From positions 1 to 64,000 of the forward strand of contig JAUCBJ010000933.1 of NCBI GenBank assembly GCA_032718475.1: a stretch of 64,000 nucleotides of DNA. Reading direction: 5' to 3'. This DNA is from Nemertoderma westbladi (lineage: Eukaryota; Animalia; Xenacoelomorpha). Both the position numbers and the translations under genes were made by a program. The notes below the pieces were generated by a model. That model was not told the DNA's origin and ran no database searches. It worked only from the letters and a program-made list of their open reading frames with translations. Positions 13,882 to 25,598 of the stretch are shown piece after piece (the first letter of the stretch is position 1; each line of letters begins with the position of its first letter).

Positions 13882-14249
13882 GGCAACGGGTAATTAAATC
13901 TATAAGACATGAGGCAGGCACTACTGTGTAACTAATAAGCCAGCTTGCTTTATCTCGCAAAATGATTGGCTGAGTATTTTTTTAATCGTGATTCTGTAGA
14001 ATAATTACTGTAGCTAAATAAATTCGTTGTGGTGTTGACATGGTAAAGTAATATTTCAGTATCAATACTATCGGTATAAGGTAAGTTTTATAATTTTTAC
14101 AAATTGGGTTTCCTCCACATATAAAAATATATTACCTTTAAAACACAAATTTCCTGTTAATACCTGTGCCTTTCATTAATCCTATGTGCTCCTTTGGGTT
14201 GTTGGAGTGGTGCAGATTAAGAGGGCGGTTGAAGCGAGGGGGGAACTTT

Positions 14250-16307
14250 ATACAGTAGAAGTTCAAAACCGCTTTGAAGCACTTCAGTCAATGGATGAAG
14301 ACCAATCCACCGATTCAATATACCAGAATATAATAACAGCCCACAAGGAATCAGCTAAGAGGCATATCCCCCAGAAACCTAAACGAAAACAGTATGTGCC
14401 ATGGCAAAACTCTGAGGTTACTTGTAAGAGAGAAGATCTTAAGATAGCCTACAAAGTTAAAACCGAACAACCAACAACCGAAAACATTAACAAGGTTGAG
14501 AAAGCTAAGCACGATCTTAAATTGGCCTACAACATCAGCCAGGAAAAGTACATACAGGATAAAACTGAAGCAATTACAACTGCTCACATACAGCAACAAT
14601 CAAGACTTACCTGGCAAACTGTAAATGAGGTATCTGGTCGGAAAAGTTGTGCAAAGGGGCGCCTCAAAGCCGATAGTCCTGAAGAACGTGTTGGGAAGTG
14701 GAAAAATCACTTCAGCAACTTGCTTGGGCAGCCACCAAACATCGAGGTCAGACCTACAAGGAAAATATATGACAAGACACTACCTATAGAAACATGGGAC
14801 TTCACACCTGCCGAACTCTAAAGAAGCATTAAAAGCATGTCCAATAATAAAGCGAGTGGATTAGATGAAATCCCAGCGGAGGTATGGAAAACCGGAGTGC
14901 TAAATAGACCATTATTGAATGTTTGCAACCGGATGTTAAAAGGGGAAAAGCCACCACCAATTTGGACTAAAGAGGTCAACTAAAGCCTCTCCCCAAGAAA
15001 GGAGACCTCGGCATACCAACAAACTATCGTGGGATCTGTCTGCTTGTGGTAGCTGCCAAAATATACAATAAAATGATTCTATATAGGATTAGGCCTCACA
15101 TAGAGAAACTACTGCGTAAGAGCCAAAACGGATTTCGACCAAGTAGATCAACAATAGCTCAGATACTTGCACTACGGAGACTGTTTGAAGGAATCAAGTC
15201 AAAGAATCTCCCCGCAGTCATGACTTTTGTGGACTTCAAGAAGGCATTCGACTCCATCCATAGAGGTAAAATGCTTGAAATCCTAAGAGCTTATGGAATA
15301 CCAGAAGTAATTGTTGCTGGCATTGGATTGCTATATTGTGACACAGAAGCGCAGGTACTCTCACCAGATGGTGAAACTGAGTTTTTCTCAATCCTGGCTG
15401 GCGTACTGCAAGGTGACACATTAGCACCATTACTATTTGTAATTGTGCTGGATTACGCAATGAGGACGGCCACAAAGGGTGAAGATCTGGGATTCACACT
15501 TCAAGAACGCAGAAGTAGTAGATATCCGGCAACTACAGTCACAGACACCGACTTTGCGGATGACATCGCCCTGCTCTCTAATACGCTAGCAGATGCACAG
15601 CTTCTACTAAATAAAGTGGAGAGGGCTGCTAAGGAGGTTGGATTGCATATAAATGCTACCAAGACCGAATTCATGACCTTTAATGTTGATGGACACTTGA
15701 CAACCATTGATAATAATCAACTAAGGCAGGTTGATGACTTCCAGTACCTTGGATCATGGATAGAGAGTAGCAAAAAGGACATAGAAGTTAGGAAAGCAAA
15801 GGCTAGGGTAGCTCTATCAAAAATGGATACCATCTGGAAATCAGATCTCTCCAGGCACCTGAAGAGCAAGTTCATTCGAGCCACAGTGGAAAGTGTATTT
15901 TTATACGGGGGTGAGACCTGGACACTGACTAAATCACTTGAACAACGAATTGATGGTTGCTACACAAGACTACTAAGGGCAGCCCTAAACATCAGCTGGA
16001 GACAACACATGACAAACGCCGAGCTTTATGGTACAATACCACCTGTATCAACCACCCTCCGTGAACGCAGATTAAGATTCAGTGGGCACTGCTGGCGAAG
16101 TAAAGACGAGGTCATACCAGATCTACTTCTCTGGCAACCAACTCATGGAAAGCGTAGTCGTGGACGACCTGCCATAATATATCAACTTGAAAGGGATACT
16201 GAGCTTGGGAGAAACGAAATTGCGACAACTATGGAGAATCGGGAAGCCTGGAAGGATCTCATTTCCACTGTCCGAGTTCGCTCGACCTAGTAGTACTGTA
16301 GTAGTAG
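14250..16307 (+). mobile_element. 5'-truncated RTE-like non-LTR retrotransposon, frameshifted RT ORF
   Basis: RT motifs (QNGFR, FVDFKKAFDSI, GVLQGDTLAPLLF, FADDIALL, FQYLGS) and RTE-type C-terminus (RLRFSGHCWR...RSRGRP). ORF pieces 14186-14821 and 15046-16290. (TAG)n-like tail. 20-bp TSD TGAAGCGAGGGGGGAACTTT at 14230-14249 and 16308-16327. Confidence 0.92.
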
Positions 16308-16680
16308 TGAAGCGAGGGGGGAACTTTCCTCTCTTATTTTATTTATTCTTTTTGGCGGTTTGGTTAAGTTTCTTATTTATTTATTTAAATTTCGTAAGTA
16401 CCGATTTTGGGATAGAATTGCTAAATTTTAATCTGTATCTGATAACTGAGCCTCTTCCTGCGCGAAGGCCCCACGAACGTATCAATTAACGCCTATTACA
16501 GAAGTAGATATAATATGATGATTGATACCTGATTTACGATACCGGAGCAGTGTATAGGCCTACTGTATATGCTATCCTAATGCAAATCCATGCAACTCAA
16601 AAATTATAGTTTTGAGAAAAATCAATCTAAAATTAACGGATCTGCACGAAAACATGTGAATGTCTGTGTGATCATTTTCA

Positions 16681-16887
16681 ACTACTGCTGCTACTACTAC
16701 TAGGTCGAGCTAACTCGGACAGTGGAAATGAGATCCTTCCAGGCTTCCCGATTCTCCATAGTTGTCGCAATTTCGTTTCTCCCAAGTTCAGTATCCCTTT
16801 CAAGTTGATTTATATATGTTATGGCCGGTCGTCCACGACTACGCTTTCCATGAGTTGGTTGCCAGAGAAGTAGATCTGGTATGACCT
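16681..16887 (-). mobile_element. Short inverted 3' fragment of the same RTE family
   Basis: Reverse complement of ~16109-16305, including the (TAG)n tail. Confidence 0.9.
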
Positions 16888-17741
16888 GATATCATCATAC
16901 CAATGATACCAATTACCAATATCTCATTTTCGTCAATTTTCGAGTTACATGAATTTGCCTAAGCCTAATGTCTTTAAGGACGCCAGTGTACAGCCTGTAC
17001 AGTAGTTAAAGTACAATAATACAGTAACTGTGGTTATCGAAATATGATATCTTGCTTTATATGTAATTAGGACCAGAGTGTCCTAAAAGAGTGGCTCCAA
17101 AACAAGTACCGCTATTTCACTATGAATTTACAAGTTTTTGGGGTTTTTTGCTGTAATTCGTAGGATCGATCGGGGAGGTTCTGCATATAAATCCAAGGAT
17201 ACAATTTTTCACGCCCATGTGAAGAATTTCACTTTTCGGTCGACTTTTTATTGGAATTTATATATGACGATTTTTTATTTTTTTTAATTTATCCTTATTA
17301 AGTGTTTTATAGCGCTTATTTATGTCTTATAACCTGTACATATACTAATTTGTTTATTGTTTTGGTTAGATTCAGCCCTTCTGTAACCTGTTTTTTTTGG
17401 TGAATACGTGGTATTCTTTACTTGGGGGTAACTGCAAAATGAAATATAACGGCACGGGAGAAAGTTGGAGAAGAAAATAACAAAGTTGGAGAAGATGTTC
17501 ACTTTCAGATATTTAGACATCTAGTGACACCTACACTGGGGAGCTGTAGACGACTCTGCGACTCCATACAGATACATCCCATGCTGTAGTAGATACCTAC
17601 CAAGTATCAGTCTAAACGGGTTGTAAATACTGAAATAACAAAGTTGGAGAAGATGTTCTCTTTCCGACATTTCGCCCCCTAGCGGCAGCAATTCTTTTAG
17701 GTAAGCTAGTAGAATTAGGATTTCATAGCACTTCAATTAAT

Positions 17742-17943
17742 ATGATTAATAGTTTTCTCTATCCACGATATCAACGCACTAAAGCAAATGGTGTTTTCTC
17801 CACTTGGCAACTCGTACCTAGAGGAATTTCACAGGGGACCATTCTAGGGCCAATATTGTTTGTAATTTATGTAAATTCCATAGCAAATATACCGGATATA
17901 CACTTGATACAGTACGCAGATGATACACTTATATACTGTACAA
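17742..17943 (+). pseudogene. CR1/L2-like LINE RT fragment, part 1
   Basis: GISQGTILGPILFVIYVN...YADDTLIYC. It joins part 2 in frame (IYCTNKDPL) once the solo LTR and one TSD copy are removed. Confidence 0.85.
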
Positions 17944-19178
17944 TGTTCGCGCTTTCAGACCTTTAGCAGTTTAACCTGCCAATTTTAGGTGTCCTCTTGT
18001 TTATAAATCGACTTTAGCCTATAACAATTATTTAATGCACATGAAGTAACATTAGCCGAAGCCAGTCTATGCGCGATCATTCACCCACAGTTAAGGGAGA
18101 CTGGATTCGGATGCTTTGACCTTATTGCGTTGCAGACCTACTGTATTATTCGATTGATTGTTACTATATAATCTCTGACAATATTATTCACTTTCAGGGA
18201 AATATTAACAGTTCCTTTAGGACGTGGCGCTTTAAGTATAAAACAGAGTTATGACTTATACTAAACACAACGAGATGGCTAATGATTTTCGTAAATAGCG
18301 CATTCTTTAGGAGATGCTTTATTATCTGTCACACTACTGCACACGACTTCACACTGCTGCACACTGATCTGCCGACCGTCACTGAATTTAACCATATATA
18401 AGGAGGATAGCAACTGACACATGTAGGGATTATGAAATAGCATTTAATTCACACTAAAACCACTGTAATGTAAGTCGCAATTGCTACCGGTAACCGGTCC
18501 CTCTAACCTTTAGTAGTCAAGAAGATTGGGGGTTTTATGATTATTTATCGATATTCTCCAAATATAACATATCCATCAACATATAACCATTAATAACAGA
18601 CAGTAAACATAAGTAAAACAATGCGGTGATAGTCAGCCAGTATCGGTAATACAGGTACCGCAGGTGCCAAGTGACCAGTTGTTATGGTTAGTTGCACAGT
18701 GCAGTAGGGCCAGGTGTTATTCAGACAGTCCAGTAGTATCATCAGGCCAGTCAGATAATAGATTTACGTTCTTGTAATCAAAGCCGTCTAATGTTGGCCA
18801 AAGTCTGAAACTTCTAACACAGAAGTACAGAAGAATTTCCAAGCAGTTGTTCTCGCTCAGAAAGGTAAACAAAGACCGTAGTGCATTGCGCGGTTTCCCG
18901 TAGGTCTCTGTGCAAGATAAAATGAAAATCGCTCTGATTGGTCGAGCGAGCCGAACAAAGAAAGTTCCACATCGACAGTAAATCAGTTGACAGATTTCGT
19001 CATCTGAACTACACTCTATTTAGAGTATTTGGCGTATTGCGGCATAAAATGGCTTGTTATGTCCGCTAAAACACCTACAGGGTACATTGCGGAGAAAATG
19101 GCTTGTTATGTCCGCTAAAACAACTAAACAGTTCATTGCGGAGAAAAATGACTGGTTATATCCGCAAAAGCTTTTACA
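17944..19178 (-). mobile_element. Solo LTR (1235 bp) related to the BEL/Pao LTR at 19938
   Basis: Minus strand starts TGTAAAAGCTTTTG and ends GGTCTGAAAGCGCGAACA like the neighbouring LTR; 17944-18260 aligns with 20830-21147; exact 6-bp TSD GTACAA at 17938-17943 and 19179-19184. Confidence 0.93.
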
Positions 19179-19184
19179 GTACAA

Positions 19185-19937
19185 ATAAGGATCCTCTAAA
19201 AGCATCACAAACCTTAGAAAAACACATTCTCACACTTGAAGAAATATTTTCAGACCTAAAACTAAAATTGAACAATAAAAAAACCGAATTCATGCTTATA
19301 AGCCCGCATTCTAGAACGCCTGATATAGAGGAGATTGTCTTAAAAATTAATCCGAATACGATAATTAACCAATCCAAATCAATTAAATATTTAGGTATAC
19401 TAATAGACAACAGAATGGAATGGAGGGAACACATCAACGATATAAAACATAAAATGACACATGCAATCTCCGGACTACGACAGATAAAAGGACATTTACC
19501 ACTCAAATCTAAACTTACTATATACAAGGCGACAGTCCTACCTTATCATAACTATTGCTGCGAGGTCCTAATTTCAATACAAAACAGTTACGGTGCAAAG
19601 GGAATACTTTACGGGTTAGAAAAAATACAAAATTACGGCTTAAGGGTAGTGTATAGCAAGAAAAACAAGGACATGACAGGAACCGAAATACGAAAGAAAG
19701 CAAAACTTCCTACACTGACAGCTCTACGAGAATACTTTGTATTAAAATTTTACTACAAATATATATTTAATCTAAGTACACCATTTAAGAAACTACAACT
19801 ACCATTTCTTTAATACTATAAGAACAAACGCATACTTAATAAATCCCAGAACACATAATATTAAAATACCAACTACTAGGAACAACTACGGATTTAAAAG
19901 TTTAATTGTCAGTGCTACAAAAATCTGGAACGCATCT
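19185..19937 (+). pseudogene. CR1/L2-like LINE RT C-terminal fragment, part 2 (resumes at ~36789-36860)
   Basis: LKLNNKKTEFM, SIKYLGILIDNRMEW and KLTIYKATVLPYHNYC motifs, then YGFKSLIVSATKIWNAS up to the BEL insertion site. Confidence 0.85.
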
Positions 19938-21147
19938 TGTAAAAGCTTTTGTGGGATAACTGATTCGTTTGCCTTGCTAACCAGTTCCCCCCCAGTCGCT
20001 GAATACTCTAAAAGGGGATCTATAACTCGAATAGCGCAAGCTACCAGCTTATTGGCTGATTTGCTGTACGCAGGTATCTGGGCTCTGTTTAATCGGCCAA
20101 CCAGCCTAGAAAGGTTGCGTCATAGCCTTGTTTTTGTATCTCCCAATAGAATTTGAGTTAGCCTTGATTTTGACCTATCACAGAGCTACTGAACTGAAAT
20201 TTTCCTATCTCACTGCTCTTTCTCTGTGTTGAACGGGAGCTTCGTGGAATAAGGGTAGTTGGTATCCTCGTATAGAGTAGTAGTCACGAGTTTTTCAAAG
20301 CCACGAAAGAACGGCTTTGTAGTGTTTTGTGCTTTCTGCTTTTTAGCTCAACACTAGTAGGTTTAATTATAAGGACATATATCCTTTAACTGCAACTGTA
20401 CACGGCTTTTAATAACTGCTGACACACGGCTTTTAATAACTGCTGAAACTGCTAAAAATTACCTGCTCAATCAATACTGTATACTGCTATTTGTTGTCGG
20501 TTATTCATTATATTGGTTGATGAATTATTATATTGGAATAACGAGAAATAACCCCGAAAACCCAATATTCTTGATATACCGAAGGTAAGAGAGAAAAGTT
20601 ACCTATAACGATTGTGACTTATGTTAAAGTGGTTTGAAGTGAATCTAATGTTATTTGATAGACCCTACATGAGTCAGTCTGTGTTCCTTTTATATGTGAC
20701 TAAAATCAGTGAAGATTGGCAGATTAGTGTGCAGTATTGTGCAGCATTGTGTACGAGTGAGTCTGTTAAAGAAGCATTTCCTAAAGAATGCGCCATATAT
20801 GTGAATTATAATTAAGCCATATCGTTGTGAGTAGTTTAAGTCATAACTCTGTTTATATAAATAAAGCGCCACGTCCTAAAGGAACTGTTAATATTCCCTA
20901 AGGTGAATAATATTGTCAGAGATTATATAATACTGTCAGTCGAATAATACATTAGGCTTACATAGCAATAAAATTAAACCGTCAAACCCAATCTCCCGGG
21001 AATATCCAGCGGGTGAATGATCGCGCACAGATTGGTTTCGACTAGTGTAGTGAATCAAATACTTGTCATAGGCTAAAAAGCGATTTAATATCTAGAAGAC
21101 ATCTTAATTTGGCGGATTAAACTGCCAAAGGTCTGAAAGCGCGAACA
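19938..21147 (+). repeat. 5' LTR
   Basis: TGTAAAAGC...GCGCGAACA; direct repeat of 35574-36783 with only two substitutions seen by eye. Confidence 0.97.
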
Positions 21148-21159
21148 TTAAAGGATATA
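21148..21159 (+). promoter_or_regulatory. Non-canonical primer-binding-site position (TTAAAGGATATA), complementary to LTR 20378-20389
   Basis: No TGG-initiated tRNA complement follows the LTR; the exact reverse complement TATATCCTTTAA is in both LTRs. Confidence 0.55.
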
Positions 21160-21214
21160 GCTTCTTTATTGCAGTAAGCAATAAAGTTGAAAGTACCGGT
21201 CAACCAGTAAACCT

Positions 21215-22090
21215 GAACCGGTACATCTGTAGGTCAGTAGGCCCAACTGCCAGAACCGGTACTGCCGTAGGTCCGTAGGTCCAACTGCCAGAACCGGTAC
21301 TTCTGTAGGTCCGTAGGCCTAGCTGTCCTAACCGGTACTTCCGTATAAGTACACTAGTATTATTCGATTTGATTGTTGCATACCGGTAGGCTGTTAAGGG
21401 ATTAGGGATTGATCACCCCTTATTCCTTTATATGGTTTACTTATTTCTGTCAAGTTTTATTTATTTGTAAGCCAGTATTGAACAGAAGGCGTGTAAACCT
21501 GATCAGATTGTACAGACGATTTGTAGGCTGAGCTGTTGTCTGATTGCTGTTAAGTCCGAACGAATTGCAGTGTGTGTAGATCACCTGTCCGATTAAGTAC
21601 GGTTAGGAAGTAGGGGCAGCGAATGCTGTAAGGTAAACCCCCAACTAAAGAATAAGTCGTACTACTGGGTTAGAACGCATACTCCCTAATCATTTCGGAG
21701 TCTGCATGTCCTGTAGTTTATTTAGGCTTGAGAGTAGTCTGCCATCGTTTAGTCTGTACTTTGTTTGTGTAAGTCTGTACGGGTAGCGTATAATTTTATT
21801 TAGATAATTTGTAGGCTGGATAGTTGTCTGGCTGTTGTTAGGTCTGAACGGATTGCAGCGTGTGTAGATCACTTGTCCGATAAAGAACGGTTAGGAAGTA
21901 GGGGCAGCGAATGCTGTAAGGTAAACCCCCAATTAAAGAATAAGTCGTACTACTGGGATAGAACGCATACTACCTAATTATTTCGGAGTCTGCATATACC
22001 GTAGTTTGTTTAGGCTTGATAGTAGTCTGTCAGTGTTCGGTCTGCATTTTGTTTGAGTAGTTTGTACGCGTAGCGTAATATTTATTATTC
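21215..22090. repeat. Repeats in the BEL 5' leader: about three 38-bp units and a ~290-bp tandem duplication
   Basis: AACCGGTAC...GTAGGTCCGTAGG units at ~21215-21345; ~21515-21805 repeated at ~21805-22090. Confidence 0.85.
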
Positions 22091-23399
22091 AGAGTTTATG
22101 CGATTATTCGCAACATTCATATTCCCCAAGTTTGTTCCTACAGTAATTGTGTTTGTTATACATACCGCTATAGTTAAATTAACCCCGGTACTACACGGGC
22201 TGCTTGGCGTAGGTAAAGACTGGTGATTTTGTGCATCGGTCACTCCAGCAGATGCCGTGGTTCTTTTAGCTGTTCAAGTATATTTAACTACTGATTATCT
22301 GTTGTACAAGTACTCGTACCTAATTTAGGGTTTAGTGTACAGTGCTTTCCGAGAGTAATTAGTGTAGGCATTATATTTGTGTTGTAAAGTGGTTGATAGG
22401 CACGTTCGATTAGCTCTATTAACTTCTAGGTAGGAACACTCCGTGATACATAACGTAGAACCTATAGCGATACGGCTATAGGTCGTCAGGCGGTGGTATT
22501 TTTCTATCTGGACAACGCAGTGTATTTACTACTACGTATTATTTTCAAATACCGTAGAACCCTGTCCGTTGTAATAACCAGATTTCTAACCCTTTGTTAG
22601 GCTGGTTTGTAGACTTCTTGTAAAATTACCCTAAAAATTCGTATTTTTGTGTTTTTTGTAAATTTTTGTGTTTATTTAGAGATTGTAATCTCACCCGAAT
22701 TGTACGTAATTTGTAGTATTAAGTAACTTAGGTAAATTAGAATTATTTGTTTTAGTGTCCTATAAGTAACACTTCACTGAAAGCGCACCGCTTTGTGTAG
22801 TGATTACTCCCCAGAAATAATAACATTTATTTCAAACATTGACAAAACCCATTAAAGGGTATATATATATTATAAATCAATTCAAAAGATTTATAAATAG
22901 TAGGCCTACCATACAACCATTAGGTCTCCATATCAGTTGGTCTACTGCTCAAATAGCGGTAATAAAGTAAGTAAAGTAACCAAGTAACCCTAAAAATTCA
23001 GAAATTCAATTATTTAAAATAATTGATATACCGGTATTTACGATAGGCCTATTATCTTTATTTCTATAAATTTAGGCTGAAATTATACCGGTACTTGTAA
23101 TTAATTCTAGTCCAGAATTATATACTACAAAACTGTAAGCTGTATACTGGTATTCCCGATAGGCCTATTATATATTTATATATATTTGTGCTAAAATTAT
23201 ACCGGTATTCTGTGATAAACCTAGTCTGTAATAATCGTTATATATACTATAAGCATACCGGTATTCTAATATATTATATATATCACGCTACACTGAGTAG
23301 CAGTATCGGTAATTAATTACTAGGCTAGCAGTTAATACTGAATTACTAGACTTGCTCAGACTGTAATACAGCAGTAGACATTCAACTGTATACATAAAC

Positions 23400-25598
23400 A
23401 TGTCTGATACTAAGCAGAACCTGTCAGACAGTTTATTAGATGTAACTATCTGCGACTCAGACAGAGATGTAGAACTGTCTAGTCGTAAGTTCAGTTCACC
23501 TCCCACTGTGAGGAAAGTCATCCCTCCAGTAGTAATAAAAGAACCTAGGGTGGTTCAACATCGTAGGTCTATCATAGGCACTCGAGCTCAGGTCAAACGG
23601 GACCAAGAAGCAGCGGAACAGCAACAACCCGCGAGCCAAGAACTTACTTCTCAACGGCCCGATAGCTCCAGTAGTGAAGATACGGTAGAACTGACACCCG
23701 AACGCGGAGCAAGGATGACGGATGAGGTTTATTCGGATCCCCTTCTCATCCTTCCTGCAGCCGTACTCACTAGATTATTGATCGCTGTGGAAGAACACCA
23801 GATCGATTGGGCGAGAAGCCAGCGTTCCACTAGAGATAGTTATGCTGGATACACAAGGGAAGAACTGAAGTCCATGGTTGAGTCGCAATGGAACTTTCCC
23901 GGACCCGGACTCCCGTTTGATTTATCAGAAGCTGCCTGGGAAGACATACACCGGATGGGAGTAGCCAAGGAAACCATCGATCCAGCTGTGTGGAAGAGGT
24001 CCGCAGCCGGATACGCACAGGGATTCTTCAGCTCTATAGAGCGATTAAAAGAACAACTGTTTCATCAACCTCAAGGACCTCAAGAGCAGGGATTGCTGCT
24101 TTATCAAGTTAGAGAAAGAATTCTACGAATCAGGCTAATCTTATCAGCCTTTGAGGAGGCTTCTAAACAAAGACAAGACACGTCGTTGCAAGTCGCCGTA
24201 AAGACTTGGTTTCAAAGGGTGAATCTCCAGGTTCAAGGAACAGCTCAGTTGAAAGCTCAGCTAGAGGAGCGATCAACCCATGGAGAATCAACAGACGCTA
24301 CTTTTTCCCAAGTGGAAAGTGAAGCGACGGCAGAGAAACCGCATAAGAGGGATGCCATTGACATCTATCTGTCGGACTATCAACGTTTTTTAGGTAATGA
24401 CGAGTTGAGGAGAAGGTTAGAGGGACTTAGCCCTAATAGTGAAGGAACCAAGCTTGTGTTGGATGCCATCGATGTGGAAATGAGAGCTGCGAATCAGGCT
24501 AAATTCGATGAACAACTCCGCATCGCTAGAGACCAAGAGGAAAGGGTTAAGAAAAAACGTATAGAAGACAGAAAGGCAGCGGCAGTAGCAGCAGCAGTGG
24601 CATCGGCAGAAGCGGAAAGAAAGGCGGCAGTGGCAGAGGCAGAAGCGGGAAGAAAGGCGGCAGCGGCAGAAGCCGAAGCGGAAAGAAAGGCGGCAGCGGC
24701 AGAGGCCGAAGCGGAAAGAAAGGCGACAGCGGCAGAGGCCGAAGTGGAAAGAAAAGTGGCAGAGGCAGTAGCAGAAGCAGAACGGAGAGCGACTGAAGAA
24801 ATCACCCAGTTAGAATTGGAAAACATTCAGGAGAATCAAGACTGCATAAATAAACAGTTAACAGCTAGCAATATGCAGATGATGAATCGATCTACTCCCA
24901 AACGACAGGGATATACATCATCTGAGGAAGGTGATACCACCGATACTGAAGGCAAAGGAAATAGATCTCGTTTAAGCAGACGTAAAAGAACATTCCACCG
25001 TCAGAAATTGCCTGATTTGCCTCCAGCTGTTAGAAGGCAACTAAATAACACCAACTTAGGTAGTACAGAGCCCACAGACCAAATAATTAAAATAGAAAGA
25101 CTCCCTACTATAGTAGATGAGCCTGAAATAATTAGGCCTGTTCTTGAAATCACCCCTTTGGTGATAGACATACCTGTGCTCCCTGAGACTACCTCTAAAT
25201 TCCCTTTGCATAGCACTAAGCTACCTGTGCCCCGTAGAACTGCCCCGGATACAGTTCAGGTCCTGGACCCCGAGCGAATTATTCATAATTTGTCGCCCGT
25301 TGTCCCTCGTCCGCCCGCTACAACGTTGGCGACTCCCGCTTCGGCGGTCGAATGGGTGGACGAGAGACGGCGGGGGATGGATATCCTGCTCGGGCAGATG
25401 CAGGAGACTGTCCAGCAATTCAAGGGCACAGTAAGGGAAAGTAGGCTAGAGTTGCAAGAAGTGCAGCAAAGTATCGCGCTCGAACGCGATACCCAAAGAG
25501 GTGAGGTCTCTATAGGGGTGTCGCGAACAGGCGGCGGCGGGCTCGTGAGGGTCTGGGGGCACGTTAAATATTCGAGTATAGTGCAAGGGAGTTACTGA
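23400..25598 (+). CDS. BEL element ORF1, probable N-terminal gag extension with Ala/Glu-rich coiled-coil repeats; last ~26 codons come from an insertion
   Basis: 732-aa ATG-initiated ORF inside the element, same frame as the downstream polyprotein; 11-aa AEAEAERKAAA repeats at ~24580-24790. Confidence 0.75.
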   Translation: MSDTKQNLSDSLLDVTICDSDRDVELSSRKFSSPPTVRKVIPPVVIKEPRVVQHRRSIIGTRAQVKRDQEAAEQQQPASQELTSQRPDSSSSEDTVELTPERGARMTDEVYSDPLLILPAAVLTRLLIAVEEHQIDWARSQRSTRDSYAGYTREELKSMVESQWNFPGPGLPFDLSEAAWEDIHRMGVAKETIDPAVWKRSAAGYAQGFFSSIERLKEQLFHQPQGPQEQGLLLYQVRERILRIRLILSAFEEASKQRQDTSLQVAVKTWFQRVNLQVQGTAQLKAQLEERSTHGESTDATFSQVESEATAEKPHKRDAIDIYLSDYQRFLGNDELRRRLEGLSPNSEGTKLVLDAIDVEMRAANQAKFDEQLRIARDQEERVKKKRIEDRKAAAVAAAVASAEAERKAAVAEAEAGRKAAAAEAEAERKAAAAEAEAERKATAAEAEVERKVAEAVAEAERRATEEITQLELENIQENQDCINKQLTASNMQMMNRSTPKRQGYTSSEEGDTTDTEGKGNRSRLSRRKRTFHRQKLPDLPPAVRRQLNNTNLGSTEPTDQIIKIERLPTIVDEPEIIRPVLEITPLVIDIPVLPETTSKFPLHSTKLPVPRRTAPDTVQVLDPERIIHNLSPVVPRPPATTLATPASAVEWVDERRRGMDILLGQMQETVQQFKGTVRESRLELQEVQQSIALERDTQRGEVSIGVSRTGGGGLVRVWGHVKYSSIVQGSY

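Noticed and set aside
17671-17686. CTCF-like motif CGCCCCCTAGCGGC (similar at ~8566 and ~59742)
   Set aside because: Isolated short matches within probable repeat fragments; no support for function from sequence alone.
19974-20872. Short ORFs duplicated at 35511-36508
   Set aside because: Chance ORFs within the two LTR copies.
24494-24826. Antisense Ala/Ser-rich ORF
   Set aside because: Mirror of the 33-bp repeats in ORF1.
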